Below are positions 8,792 through 18,112 of a stretch of 40,389 nucleotides of DNA, in pieces (the first letter of the stretch is position 1; the number at the start of each line of letters is the position of its first letter). This stretch comes from an uncultured Pseudobdellovibrionaceae bacterium (GTDB taxonomy: Bacteria > Bdellovibrionota > Bdellovibrionia > Bdellovibrionales > Bdellovibrionaceae). The notes under the pieces were generated by a model. It was given only the letters and a program-made list of their open reading frames with translations, did not search any database and had not been told where the DNA came from. The position numbers and the translations under genes were made by a program. The stretch lies in NCBI GenBank assembly GCA_937900305.1, contig CALCCV010000214.1, positions 1 through 40,389 of the forward strand. The letters are read 5' to 3'.

Positions 8792-9967
8792 ATGGAAAAC
8801 CACTCAGGATCAGAAGACAAGAAGACCGGCGAATTAGAATTTTTGCCCACTCAAAACTCTCACGTGCCCGCCGTTTGGATTCTGGCGATTCTGGCTGTGG
8901 GTTACCTGCTGCACATTGCTGCTGGAATTTTCTTGTGGATCACGGCCTCGATTTTTTTAGTGATGCTTTTAGAGCCTTGGGTGCTTCGTTTGCGCCGGCG
9001 TCGGCTGCCAGGGCCAGTGGCAGCTTTGCTTTTGGTTTTGCTCGCTATGTTTGTCTGTACGGTATTGATTTCTTTTTTAGTTCATTTTTCATCTACGATC
9101 GTAGTCGAGCTTGAAGATTCTCGGCGCATCTTATTGGACTATTACGATTCTTTGAATAACACTTTCAACTCTTGGTTGGGATTTTTTTCCCACGCTCATT
9201 CGGGCGCACCGATCGCGGCTCGACCAATTCAAAAAGTGGAGGTTGTCGAGAGTTCGCCTCTGGGTGGTGAGCTCGGAATTACTTTGGTTCAAGGGCTGGG
9301 GAGCGCGGTTGCGGTGGTAACCTATGCCTTCTTATGGCCAATCCTGAGTTTTTTTCTATTGGCCGAGCGCGACTCTTTGGGAAAGGTTTTGCATAAGGCG
9401 TTCTCGGAAAGGCAGAAGGGTGGGCGAATTTGGAAGAAGGTTAAAAAAAGCACTCAGGCGTTCTTTTTTGGCAATTTAATCTTGGGATTGTTGAGTTTGC
9501 CCGTTTTCTTCATACTATTTGCCTCATTTTCTGTGAAGTCGGCATTAACTCTAGCGGCGCTTTCAAGTATTTTTAACCTTATACCTTTCTTGGGAGCCGT
9601 ACTTTGCGGGTTCTTGCCGGTGTTAACCCATCTTTCAATGGGCGGCGGTTTGAGCGGCGGTATTGCTTTGTTCGTCTGCTGTGTGACAGTTCATTTCGTG
9701 GTTGCGAACTTCATCACTCCAAAAATTTTGGGCTCAAACGTAAATTTGAATGCGACAACCTCTACCATCGCACTGATCGTTTGGGGCGAGCTGTGGGGTG
9801 GAGTCGGTCTGCTCCTCGCCATTCCGATCACTGCGATCATTCGGATTCTTTTTGAGGAATCTGGGCGCCGTTGGTTAGTCTGGATGGCTGAGATGATGGG
9901 AGAAAGAATGGACAAGGACCTGTCGCCCACTGCTTCGAACCCTGAAACTGCGCCGGTGTTCCCATGA
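8792..9967 (+). CDS. AI-2E family transporter (PerM/YdiK-like permease)
   Basis: About 8 predicted TM segments. The C-terminal region ITPKILGSNVNLNATTSTIALIVWGELWGGVGLLLAIPITAII matches the conserved AI-2E/UPF0118 signature. Confidence 0.8.
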   Translation: MENHSGSEDKKTGELEFLPTQNSHVPAVWILAILAVGYLLHIAAGIFLWITASIFLVMLLEPWVLRLRRRRLPGPVAALLLVLLAMFVCTVLISFLVHFSSTIVVELEDSRRILLDYYDSLNNTFNSWLGFFSHAHSGAPIAARPIQKVEVVESSPLGGELGITLVQGLGSAVAVVTYAFLWPILSFFLLAERDSLGKVLHKAFSERQKGGRIWKKVKKSTQAFFFGNLILGLLSLPVFFILFASFSVKSALTLAALSSIFNLIPFLGAVLCGFLPVLTHLSMGGGLSGGIALFVCCVTVHFVVANFITPKILGSNVNLNATTSTIALIVWGELWGGVGLLLAIPITAIIRILFEESGRRWLVWMAEMMGERMDKDLSPTASNPETAPVFP

Positions 9968-9996
9968 ATCCAAAATTTTTTGAATCTCATTTGGCT

Positions 9997-10962
9997 CTAG
10001 GGAGTTAAAGCCCAACTTTGCTGGGTTTGTCCTTGCCAACTGATTGAACGCAAAGTGCGTTCGGAATTAGTGGCCAAACTGAAGACACAGTTGCTGCCAT
10101 CGGTGTTGATGTAAGTTCCGTCCGGAATGAATGACAAACGAGTATTTAAGCCATTCGCATTGTCTGAAACCGCGGCGAGGACCTCGCCATTGCTCAACCT
10201 GAGGAGGATCTCTTTGTAAGAAACCGTGTTCCCACAAGGCCTAATGGCATCGACTGGAGTGTAGGCAGAGGGTGGAGCCGCCGCGCCTGCAATGCCATTG
10301 CAGAGCGTGACCGACTGTTGATTGGGATCGACTGAACTGTAAGATCCTCTATTCGAGATATCAGTTGCCATTAAAATGATTGAGCCTCCAGCTGCGCATG
10401 CGGACTCCGAAGCCGGTGCCACTTGAAAGACGATTCCGTGGCCATCAGCTCCGGCGGGGCCAGCCTGGCCAAGGGCACCGTCTGCTCCGTCGCAAAGAAT
10501 TTCGGTGGCTTTCATTTCAGAAGGTTCTAGTCGGCCGCTGCGATCGAGATCTAGCCCGGAGCTCAATTGTACGCCCGTCTGGGCAGGGCAAATATTCGAA
10601 TCAACGGTGACTCGGGCCAAGTTAAATTCGGTTGAATAGCCATCGATACCGGGTTCACCTTTTTTTCCGTCGGCCCCATTTTTTCCATCAACACCATTTG
10701 TGCCATTGCAAACAACTTGTACACTGGCTGGGGATTCATTCGAGTCCATGGTTCGGTTTTCGTTGGCATCGCTATAAATTGAATACACCTTACCTCCGGC
10801 GCTGCACTGCTCTGGCAACGCATCGGTCACCATTATCAAAGTCTGAGATTTAAAAATGACTTCCGAATCGGTGCTTGGCTCACTGGAATTGTCTTCTTTC
10901 GCAGGAGAACATCCAATAAGCGCAATAGCTAAAACGCCGCACAAACCAATACAAATTTTCAT
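9997..10962 (-). CDS. Lipoprotein with three Cys-bounded modules and short collagen-like Gly-X-Y runs
   Basis: The ATG at 10962 gives MKICIGLCGVLAIALIGC, a lipobox. Gly-X-Y runs: GTNGVDGKNGADGKKGEPGIDG and GADGALGQAGPAGADGHG. The ORF-track TTG start at 11160 adds 66 non-signal residues and is not favoured. Confidence 0.7.
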   Translation of the reverse strand: MKICIGLCGVLAIALIGCSPAKEDNSSEPSTDSEVIFKSQTLIMVTDALPEQCSAGGKVYSIYSDANENRTMDSNESPASVQVVCNGTNGVDGKNGADGKKGEPGIDGYSTEFNLARVTVDSNICPAQTGVQLSSGLDLDRSGRLEPSEMKATEILCDGADGALGQAGPAGADGHGIVFQVAPASESACAAGGSIILMATDISNRGSYSSVDPNQQSVTLCNGIAGAAAPPSAYTPVDAIRPCGNTVSYKEILLRLSNGEVLAAVSDNANGLNTRLSFIPDGTYINTDGSNCVFSLATNSERTLRSISWQGQTQQSWALTP

Positions 10963-11299
10963 CTTACCCCACAACCCCAACGTTTTATTCGGCGCTAAAT
11001 TGTAAAACAGTTCTTCGCTACCAGCCAAGTTTCGAAAAATTTGCGGCTTGTAAGTTCTGATTTTTAGATTTAGTGCCCAAGTCTTATCTATCTTAGCAGC
11101 AGATTTCTTCATCAACCGAGAAAATCTTAAAAACGTCTCATAGTGAGACAGTTGGTCCAAAAATATCGGCTGTCTGAATACTCCAGATCTCGAATGCGTG
11201 GTGAGTTTCGATCTGCCCTTTCAATCCGAAGATTTTTTGCGTCGAATTGTCGCGCGGCCCGGGCAGGGAAGAGTAGCCACGATATTACATTTGTGGCGA

Positions 11300-11980
11300 T
11301 TAGTTGAGGGTTCTCAGTTTGGCTACGGGAGCGTTGTCGAAATCTTCAATCGACTCACTCAAGAAGTCGTCTAGCCATGGCCAAAAATCTTCAATATCTT
11401 CTACCTCCTGATGGCTCCGCCACAACATGTACGCTTTGGCAGGAGACTCCGTCAGATCAAAGCCCATAGAATCTTCTTCCAAACTCATCATTTGAAGAAA
11501 TTTTGAGTCCTGAGTTTCGATGAGGTCCCAGTCAGCCATTGGTAGAGGTCCGTCTTCTAAACTTGCGAGCTCAACCCAACCGTTGTGGATTGCATACAGC
11601 GGTGAAACATCGATGGGCAGTTTTTTTGACAAATCAGTCGAGTCGACGGTTCCTAAATATCCACGATACGCAACAAACTCACCGGCACTCTCATCGACTA
11701 AAACATACAACAATGATGGCGGTGCGGTGTCAGATGAAACCACGACGACATCCATCGTTTTTGCCGACAACAATTTTGTGAACCGGGGGAGATGTTTGCT
11801 AACTCCCGACCACAGTTTCGCAATGGCTTCGGGCAGAAGATGATTCTGAAAGGCCTCTTTCCATTCGGAAGGGAACTCTTTTGCGATCCTCTGCGCGTCT
11901 CGACTCATCCACTGAGCATAGTAGCCGCCCTCTTCAGCGAGCATGTCTTCAATCTCTTCGACAATTCCCGAATCAATCAT
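11300..11980 (-). CDS. Highly acidic cytoplasmic hypothetical protein (possibly SMI1/KNR4-SUKH-like)
   Basis: The ATG at 11980 has GGGAG 5 nt upstream; the ATG at 12133 has no SD. The segment LPIDVSPLYAIHNGWVEL resembles the LPxxYxxFxxxxNG core of SUKH-1 domains. That resemblance is weak and judged by eye only. Confidence 0.55.
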   Translation of the reverse strand: MIDSGIVEEIEDMLAEEGGYYAQWMSRDAQRIAKEFPSEWKEAFQNHLLPEAIAKLWSGVSKHLPRFTKLLSAKTMDVVVVSSDTAPPSLLYVLVDESAGEFVAYRGYLGTVDSTDLSKKLPIDVSPLYAIHNGWVELASLEDGPLPMADWDLIETQDSKFLQMMSLEEDSMGFDLTESPAKAYMLWRSHQEVEDIEDFWPWLDDFLSESIEDFDNAPVAKLRTLN

Positions 11981-12250
11981 TTGGACTCCCGAACGGCAAG
12001 TGACTCCACGAAGGAAGTCGGCATCTGTAATAAACAGCGTAAATGGTAGAGGCTGCGACAAAGCGGTCGAACCAGCGAAGCTCACTATTTCGAGAGAATA
12101 TGAGATTTCCTGGAAAAAGCAAACTCTCGACATCGCGGAGCTGGCGCGTTTGATCGGAAAACTTTGGCAAGAGCCTTATGATCCTACCAAAGACGAACAT
12201 TTTTTTCGTCTAGTCCATCGCCTGTAACTCCAAAATTCAAATTATCTTGA

Positions 12251-12287
12251 GGCCTGGATACTCTCTAATTCGAATAGGGCCTGGATA
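12251..12287. repeat. Direct repeat GGCCTGGATA x2 flanking the palindrome ATTCGAAT
   Basis: GGCCTGGATA occurs at 12251-12260 and 12278-12287. The perfect 8-bp palindrome ATTCGAAT lies between the copies. It is about 145 nt upstream of the 12430 start. Confidence 0.3.
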
Positions 12288-12429
12288 TTTCGGCCCAACG
12301 TCAACCGGTTCTTTCGACTTGCAAGTGACAATTTTTGGCTGGTTTTTACGCCAATGTCAGAATTGGGCCCTTGTTCGAAGACGAACTCGCTGGCAAATTC
12401 TGTTGAACAACCCAAACAAGGAGCCTTAA

Positions 12430-13050
12430 ATGCGAAATCGACACCTTTTCAAATTCAATCTCGAAAAAACTTTTCTGATTGTGGCGTTACTTCTGCTAGC
12501 TTCGAGAAGCCAAGCCTTGGTGTTGTCTCAAATTACCACCGGAAGCGAATTCACCGTGACCAAAGATATTGTCTTTGAACCCAATCGCGGCGTTTTCATT
12601 TTGGGCACCTCCAATTCTGGCAACCTCGATCAACCCAAAGGATGGTTGAACAAGAGTGAAAGGTACCCCGTCGCAAGCTACAGCTCCGCCTGCAGCGTGA
12701 AAATTGCACCTGAACGAGGTTTCGTCCGTATCAAAGCCGGCAGCAAGCTCACTGTCACGGCCAACAACGAAGGTAGCCTCGAGTTACTGACCAGCCAAAA
12801 TCACACCGTTGATTTAGAATGTAATGGACAAGCAAAAACTGGCGATTGGATCTACGGGCCCTCTTGTTATGGAGTTTTAGGCTGTCGGCCAGATTCAGAC
12901 CATTGGCAACGGCTTACAAACAACGCCGCTTTTCTGGTCTCTACCGTTGAAATGCAACACTTGATCGCAGATTTCATGACCTTCTCAATGAATGATTCAA
13001 TTGACGACATCGGCCTCGCGAGAGCTCTTGCGCCAACAAACGATTACTGA
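12430..13050 (+). CDS. Hypothetical secreted protein
   Basis: Strong SD (AGGAG, 6-nt spacer). Signal peptide LLLLASRSQA-LV. Five Cys in the mature part. No family recognised. Confidence 0.6.
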   Translation: MRNRHLFKFNLEKTFLIVALLLLASRSQALVLSQITTGSEFTVTKDIVFEPNRGVFILGTSNSGNLDQPKGWLNKSERYPVASYSSACSVKIAPERGFVRIKAGSKLTVTANNEGSLELLTSQNHTVDLECNGQAKTGDWIYGPSCYGVLGCRPDSDHWQRLTNNAAFLVSTVEMQHLIADFMTFSMNDSIDDIGLARALAPTNDY

Positions 13051-13246
13051 GTTCGATCGAATAAACCAGCCGGGGGAGGGGCAAGTGATATATTCCATCG
13101 AATGAGATTTATCCGGCATAAACCCACTTCAAAGTTCATGAGCCACTAGTGTTCTGAGTCAGAAGTACAATTTGTTTTTGGCGAAGGCATTTTTTAAAGG
13201 TTGGTGTGATCTCCCTCTATGACGAGAACAAACCAGGTACTCCTAC

Positions 13247-13498
13247 GTGCCGGATCGTCTGCATGGCCAACTCGCTTGGAAAATGAAGCGCCTTATGAAT
13301 CTAAAAACCCACCCCGAAGCGCAAAAGGAGCTGAGGATCTTTGTCGCCTGGCTCTCAGAAATTTCAATCGAAACGAAGCGCTCCATGCAAGAAGTGGGCG
13401 AAGAGCTCATTACTGTTGACCTTCTTGGTCTCCACCCCAGGCGCTCAGAACGTTGTGAGCTTCAGGCGGCGGCGGGCGCCTTAGCCTCGGGATTGTAA
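13247..13498 (+). CDS. Possible small helical protein (72-83 aa), very uncertain
   Basis: This is the only sizeable ORF in the 480-nt gap before the tRNA. There is an in-frame ATG at 13283. The RBS is weak and no family was recognised. Confidence 0.2.
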   Translation: MPDRLHGQLAWKMKRLMNLKTHPEAQKELRIFVAWLSEISIETKRSMQEVGEELITVDLLGLHPRRSERCELQAAAGALASGL

Positions 13499-13531
13499 TT
13501 TGTTGTTCGGAAGTTCAGAAGACGTAAGAAA

Positions 13532-13608
13532 TGGTAGGGGCTGAGGGATTCGAACCCCCGATCCCAGTGTTATGAGCACCGTGCTTTAACCAGCTAAGCT
13601 AAGCCCCC
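13532..13608 (-). tRNA. tRNA-Met (anticodon CAT), elongator type; a lysidine-modified tRNA-Ile2 cannot be excluded
   Basis: Minus strand: GGGGGCT TA GCTT AGCTGGTTA AAGC A CGGTG CTCATAA CACTG GGATC GGGGG TTCGAAT CCCTC AGCCCCT A CCA. This gives a full 77-nt cloverleaf with encoded CCA. It lacks the three consecutive G-C pairs in the anticodon stem and has no C1xA72 mismatch, so it is not an initiator. Confidence 0.93.
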
Positions 13609-13611
13609 GTC

Positions 13612-13653
13612 AAAAAATCAAGACATCGCGGAGACCGCAGTCGCTGTCTCCGC
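13612..13653 (-). terminator. Candidate rpoD terminator hairpin
   Basis: 8-bp stem GCGGAGAC/GTCTCCGC (13628-13635 with 13646-13653) and a 10-nt loop. On the minus strand a T6 run (13612-13617) follows 10 nt downstream, so the spacing is non-canonical. Confidence 0.4.
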
Positions 13654-13663
13654 TGAGAAAGAA

Positions 13664-15490
13664 TCAACCGTCGATGAACACTTTTAGTTTGTTGGATCGA
13701 CTCGGATGCCGAAGTTTTCGCAACGCTTTGGCCTCAATTTGCCGAATCCGCTCACGAGTGACGTTAAAATCCTGACCGACTTCTTCCAGCGTGTGATCGC
13801 TCTCTTCGCCGATTCCAAAGCGCATCCGCAAAACTTTCTCCTCACGCGGAGTCAGCTGCGCTAGAACTTTTTGGGTCTGTTCAGATAGGTCGAGGCTCAT
13901 GATCGCATCTGCTGGGTTTATCACCTTTTTATCTTCGATGAAATCGCCCAAATGAGAGTCTTCCTCTTCACCAACAGGAGTTTCTAAGCTGATCGGCTCT
14001 TTTGCGATCTTCAGGACCTTACGAACTTTATCTACGGGCATATCCATTTTTTCAGCGATCTCTTCAGGGATGGGCTCGCGGCCCAGCTCTTGAAACAACT
14101 GCTTTTGAGTGCGTGCCAGTTTGTTGATCGTTTCAATCATGTGCACGGGAATTCGAATCGTGCGGGCTTGATCTGCAATAGCTCGCGTGATTGCCTGGCG
14201 AATCCACCAAGTCGCATATGTCGAAAATTTGTAACCTCGACGATACTCGAATTTATCCACAGCTTTCATCAAACCGATATTGCCTTCTTGAATTAAATCC
14301 AAGAACTGCAAACCACGATTGGTGTACTTTTTCGCAATAGAAACAACTAAACGCAGATTAGCCTCAACCAATTCATGTTTTGCGGCGTCGGCTTCTTTTT
14401 CACCCTTCCAGATTGCGGTGTAAGTGTCTTGAATCCAGCGAAAAGTCATCTGTGTTTCAAGATTCAGTCGCTCAAGACGTTTTTCCGCGTCCTGTGCCTG
14501 CAAGATGTAGGATCTGAATTTATTGAACGTAAGACCAGTGTCTTTATTCATTTTGACGAGTTCTTTTTCGTTAGATTCAACAACCTTCAGACGCTCAATC
14601 ATCGTGGGAACATCTTTTGAGAATGTTCGTTCAACGCCATCCTTGATTCGTTTGCGAAGAGTCGCCATTCGATTCACGAGATTGCGAAACTTTACGACAA
14701 CTCGATTGATTGTTTTTCGATTGAAGTTGATGGCTTCGAAACTTTCCATCAATTTATCAATCATTGTTTGCATGAGATCGATGGTCTTCTTTTTTTCGGC
14801 CGTAGAGACATCGTCACGTCGCAAAACGGCAAAATGAGCCTCTGCATTGCGCTGATACTCTGTGACTTTGCCGATCAAAGTGTGGATTTTTTCGATATAG
14901 TCTTTTTCGTCATACTGAGTGTCTTCATCCTCCAACCCACGAAAAATGGACTTTACTTTAATTCGACCTTCATCCAAACGCTTGCCGAGATTTATAATTT
15001 CCCAGGTGCCCAATGGAGATTGGAGGATTGCGCGAACGATTTCTCGTTCCCCTTTTTCGATTCGTTTCGCGATTTCAACTTCACCATCGCGAGTGAGCAG
15101 GTTCACGCTTCCCATTTTGCGCAAGTACAGGCGGACAGGATCATTGCCGCGAACGTCTTCGCTCTCGGCCAATTCATCTTCGTCCACTTCTTCATCGCTG
15201 GCGGCGTTGGGATCGGCTAAGAATGTGCCATCAGCCTCTTCGCCAGCGCGTGGAGTTTCAACTTGATCAGCAATCACAACGCCATTGGCTTCAAGTGAGT
15301 GCATAAAAGAATCCAAAACGGTGGCCGCCAAAATTTCTGGTGGCAACAGGTCGTTGATTTCTTGGATTGTGAGCGAGCCTTTTTCCTTGGCGAGCTTCAG
15401 AACTCTCTGAACTTCTTCCTTAATCACAGCCTCTTGCTCTGGCAGGGAGAGTTTCTTCTGAGGGTCCTTGGTCGGAGTCGCTTTCATCAT
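13664..15490 (-). CDS. rpoD: RNA polymerase primary sigma factor (sigma-70)
   Basis: Regions 2-4: [54 protein letters not shown] and [30 protein letters not shown]. Acidic region 1. 608 aa. Confidence 0.97.
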   Translation of the reverse strand: MMKATPTKDPQKKLSLPEQEAVIKEEVQRVLKLAKEKGSLTIQEINDLLPPEILAATVLDSFMHSLEANGVVIADQVETPRAGEEADGTFLADPNAASDEEVDEDELAESEDVRGNDPVRLYLRKMGSVNLLTRDGEVEIAKRIEKGEREIVRAILQSPLGTWEIINLGKRLDEGRIKVKSIFRGLEDEDTQYDEKDYIEKIHTLIGKVTEYQRNAEAHFAVLRRDDVSTAEKKKTIDLMQTMIDKLMESFEAINFNRKTINRVVVKFRNLVNRMATLRKRIKDGVERTFSKDVPTMIERLKVVESNEKELVKMNKDTGLTFNKFRSYILQAQDAEKRLERLNLETQMTFRWIQDTYTAIWKGEKEADAAKHELVEANLRLVVSIAKKYTNRGLQFLDLIQEGNIGLMKAVDKFEYRRGYKFSTYATWWIRQAITRAIADQARTIRIPVHMIETINKLARTQKQLFQELGREPIPEEIAEKMDMPVDKVRKVLKIAKEPISLETPVGEEEDSHLGDFIEDKKVINPADAIMSLDLSEQTQKVLAQLTPREEKVLRMRFGIGEESDHTLEEVGQDFNVTRERIRQIEAKALRKLRHPSRSNKLKVFIDG

Positions 15491-15522
15491 TTCCTCGTTC
15501 CAGTTACAAGTTTCTTCGGGGG

Positions 15523-17505
15523 TTAGGCCTTTTTGTCGAGTTCAGAAATTTGCAATTGCAGAGCTTGCAATTTTTGAATGATTTCTTCTGAACTATCCGT
15601 TTTTAATTGCAGTCGCAAAAGTCGCAATTGGTCCTTCATGCGGTTCACTTTTAATTTTCGAATTCCGTCACGAATCACAATCGCCTCACGAGTTCGCATC
15701 TCTTCATTTTTTTTCTCAGTGTCGATCTCGTCAGCCGAAGGGAGGCGATCTTGAATAAACACCAAACGTAAAAATGGCTCTGGTTTCTTTAATTTAGAAG
15801 ATATTAGTCCTAAGACGCTATCAAAATTTTTGGAATCTTGCAAATACGCATTGTGAGCGAGATCGAAGAGTTCCGAGAGAGTGCCGTGACTGAAGAGCGC
15901 ACGTGCCTCTCTTTCATTGGCAAGAATTGTAAAGTTGGCATGGCTCTTGATCGAAAGAGCAAAAATCAAAACTTCAATCGCCGGTGCTGGGGACAAATCG
16001 AAAAAAGGACGTTGATCGATCAGCACCTCTTCACTCGCTCCCGCCGTCAACTCTCCATCTGGCTTCACTGTTTCTTCGGCATTGATTTTGCTAGGCAGAT
16101 GATCCACAAACCCGCCTGTGCGCTCGGTCAGTCCAGTTCCTGAGCGAAGTCCTTCTTTGGCCGACGCGGGCAAAGGAGCTCGCCATGCCTGAAGTTTTGC
16201 AATGTGCTTTTCATCCCAAAGAGATTTTTTTAGCCAACTCAGTTCCACCTCCAACTTTTCGGCGAAGGCTTTCAGGTAAAGTTCTTTCAAATGTGGATCT
16301 TGAATAGCGGCGAAGACCGGCCGCATGAGCTGAATCATTGAAATTTGTTCGGTGGGTTGAGCGTGATACTGAGTCATTGCTCTGTCGAGCGAAGCTAAAA
16401 ACAGGTCTTTGGCGTCAGAGACAGATGATCGAAAGAGATCCGCGCCATACTCCTTCACAAAATCATCGGGATCCATTCCTGCAGGCAGCGAAAAGCCTTT
16501 GGGCAAAAGGTCCGCCTGGAGCAATGAAATCAAACTCCGGTCTTGAGCCTCTTGTCCGGCTCGATCGCCATCGAAAACCACAACCACGTTCCGAGTGTAA
16601 CGACGAATCAACTTAGCCTGTTCAATGGTCAGTGCTGTACCCATGGAGGCAACAACATTGCGAATGCCATTTTCGAATAGGGACAGTGCGTCCATGTAGC
16701 CTTCCACGACGATCGCCGCGTCTTCGGCGCGAATGAACTTTGCAGATTGGTCCAGGCCAAAAAGTATTCGGCCTTTCGAAAAAATCGGACTCTCTGGGCT
16801 GTTCAGATATTTTGGCTCACCTTGATCGAGAATACGTCCACCGAAGCCCACAACTTCACCCGTTGGTGAAACAATCGGGACCATGACTCGATCACGAAAC
16901 AGGTCATAATACCCCTGTGATCCCTGCCGAGCCCGAATCAATCGCGCTGTTTCAGCGATCTGTGGATCTTCATTTCGCTCTCGCAAAAAGGAGACGAAAC
17001 CCTCCCAAGAATCTGGCGCGTAACCCAGCTTGAAGGTTGCAATGGTCGCTTCGGATAGTCCGCGTTTTGAAAAATAAGTTTTAGCAATGGTGTCAGGCTT
17101 TAGATTTTGCCACTGTTCATAAAACCAATCGCGCGCCAGGTGATTCATATAGAAAAGGGACCGCTTCAGCTCGCGCTCTTTTTGGTACCGGTCGTTGTCA
17201 TAGCTTTCCGTTGGTATCGGAAGGCCCGCCCGTTGAGCCAAATACTCGACGGACTCGACAAAACTCATACCCTGATATTGAGAGAGAAAATCAAAGGTAT
17301 TGCCGCTCTTTTTACATCCGAAACAATAATAAACTTGTTTTGCTTCAGAAACAGAAAAGCTCGGCGTTTTTTCTGGATGATCTGGAAAAGGACAGCGACC
17401 CATCCAGTCTTTACCGGAGGATTTTAGCTGTGTGAATTGCCCAATGATGTCGACCAGGTTGTTGGCGTTTCGAACTTTATCGAGAAACTCCGACGAAAAA
17501 CGCAC
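15523..17505 (-). CDS. dnaG: DNA primase
   Basis: Zn finger [32 protein letters not shown] motifs VVEGYMD and [10 protein letters not shown]. The GTG at 17505 is preceded by AAGGA with a 5-nt spacer. The ORF-track start at 17610 would overlap yqeY and adds non-conserved residues. Confidence 0.93.
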   Translation of the reverse strand: MRFSSEFLDKVRNANNLVDIIGQFTQLKSSGKDWMGRCPFPDHPEKTPSFSVSEAKQVYYCFGCKKSGNTFDFLSQYQGMSFVESVEYLAQRAGLPIPTESYDNDRYQKERELKRSLFYMNHLARDWFYEQWQNLKPDTIAKTYFSKRGLSEATIATFKLGYAPDSWEGFVSFLRERNEDPQIAETARLIRARQGSQGYYDLFRDRVMVPIVSPTGEVVGFGGRILDQGEPKYLNSPESPIFSKGRILFGLDQSAKFIRAEDAAIVVEGYMDALSLFENGIRNVVASMGTALTIEQAKLIRRYTRNVVVVFDGDRAGQEAQDRSLISLLQADLLPKGFSLPAGMDPDDFVKEYGADLFRSSVSDAKDLFLASLDRAMTQYHAQPTEQISMIQLMRPVFAAIQDPHLKELYLKAFAEKLEVELSWLKKSLWDEKHIAKLQAWRAPLPASAKEGLRSGTGLTERTGGFVDHLPSKINAEETVKPDGELTAGASEEVLIDQRPFFDLSPAPAIEVLIFALSIKSHANFTILANEREARALFSHGTLSELFDLAHNAYLQDSKNFDSVLGLISSKLKKPEPFLRLVFIQDRLPSADEIDTEKKNEEMRTREAIVIRDGIRKLKVNRMKDQLRLLRLQLKTDSSEEIIQKLQALQLQISELDKKA

Positions 17506-17551
17506 TGATGTCCTTACTGAAGTACTGTAAAAAAATTGAAGAGGCCAAAAA

Positions 17552-18001
17552 TTAAAGAGCCAACTTGGCCTTGACGAGTTCGCTGATCGTTTTGTTATCG
17601 GCAGCGCCACCAGTTTTAGCGATGACCTCTTTAATCACGGCACCCATGTCTTTGGCGGAGGTTGCTTTCACGTCAGCAATGGCTTGAACCACGGCGGCTT
17701 CAATTTGGTCGCGGCCCATTTGAGCCGGCAAATAGGTTTCTAAAACCTTCAGCTCCGAGGCCTCTTGGTCAACCAGGTCTTGGCGACCAGCAGTTTGAAA
17801 TTGCTCGATAGATTCTTTTCTTTGTTTCACTAGTTTTTTAAGGACGCCCATCACTTCTTCGCCACTCATGGGGTTGGGCCGCAATTCAATCTCACGATTT
17901 TTGACGGCTGCTTGTAGAAAGCGGAGGGTGTTGAGCTTGATTGAGTCTTTCTCTTTCATCGCGATTTTTACGTCGCTCATGATCTTTTCTCGAATGTCCA
18001 T
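17552..18001 (-). CDS. yqeY: GatB/YqeY domain protein
   Basis: 149 aa. IMSDVKIAMKEKDSIKLNTLRFLQAAVKNREIE..ELKVLETYLP is typical of the YqeY family. Confidence 0.85.
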   Translation of the reverse strand: MDIREKIMSDVKIAMKEKDSIKLNTLRFLQAAVKNREIELRPNPMSGEEVMGVLKKLVKQRKESIEQFQTAGRQDLVDQEASELKVLETYLPAQMGRDQIEAAVVQAIADVKATSAKDMGAVIKEVIAKTGGAADNKTISELVKAKLAL

Positions 18002-18023
18002 GGGATCTCCCTAATTTTAAGTG

Positions 18024-18091
18024 AAAAAAAAACCAGACTCAGTGGGCGTCTCAAAAACAATGGAATGTTCAGAGATGTTCACTAAGTCTGG
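18024..18091 (-). terminator. Candidate intra-operon attenuator/terminator between rpsU and yqeY-dnaG
   Basis: On the minus strand CCAGACTTAGTG (18091-18080) pairs with CACTGAGTCTGG (18044-18033): 12 bp with one G-U. A T9 run (18032-18024) follows directly. The loop is 35 nt and contains the tandem repeat TGAACAT-ctc-TGAACAT. Confidence 0.35.
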
Positions 18092-18112
18092 TGCATTCAG
18101 TGCAGGATGCGC

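Noticed and set aside
10963-11160. 66-codon extension (TTG start) of the collagen-like lipoprotein ORF
   Set aside because: The internal ATG at 10962 gives a textbook lipoprotein signal peptide. The extension would bury that signal peptide.
11943-12227. 94-aa plus-strand ORF and 75-aa minus-strand ORF in the gap upstream of the acidic protein gene
   Set aside because: They overlap each other and the neighbouring gene. Neither has an SD, and the composition looks non-coding. Only the last ~35 codons (LDIAELARLIGKLWQEPYDPTKDEHFF) look protein-like, which is too little to call.
8128-13531. Searched by eye for a duplicated 3' segment of tRNA-Met (att site), an integrase, or IS ends that would define an island
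   Set aside because: No copy of TGGTAGGGGCTGAGGGATTCGAA or a sizeable part of it was seen in the intergenic regions, and there is no recombinase ORF. An exact-match search would be needed for certainty.
14375-15526. Several 75-150 aa plus-strand ORFs antisense to rpoD
   Set aside because: They are low-complexity mirror-frame ORFs inside a highly conserved gene, with no RBS and no recognisable motifs. The same applies to 36184-36633 (antisense to mreB), 29841-30290, 23117-23494 and 7259-7830.
17506-17610. 35-codon N-terminal extension of the dnaG ORF in the track, overlapping the 3' end of yqeY
   Set aside because: The extension has no primase similarity. The conserved DnaG N-terminus starts at the GTG at 17505, which has an AAGGA SD 5 nt upstream.
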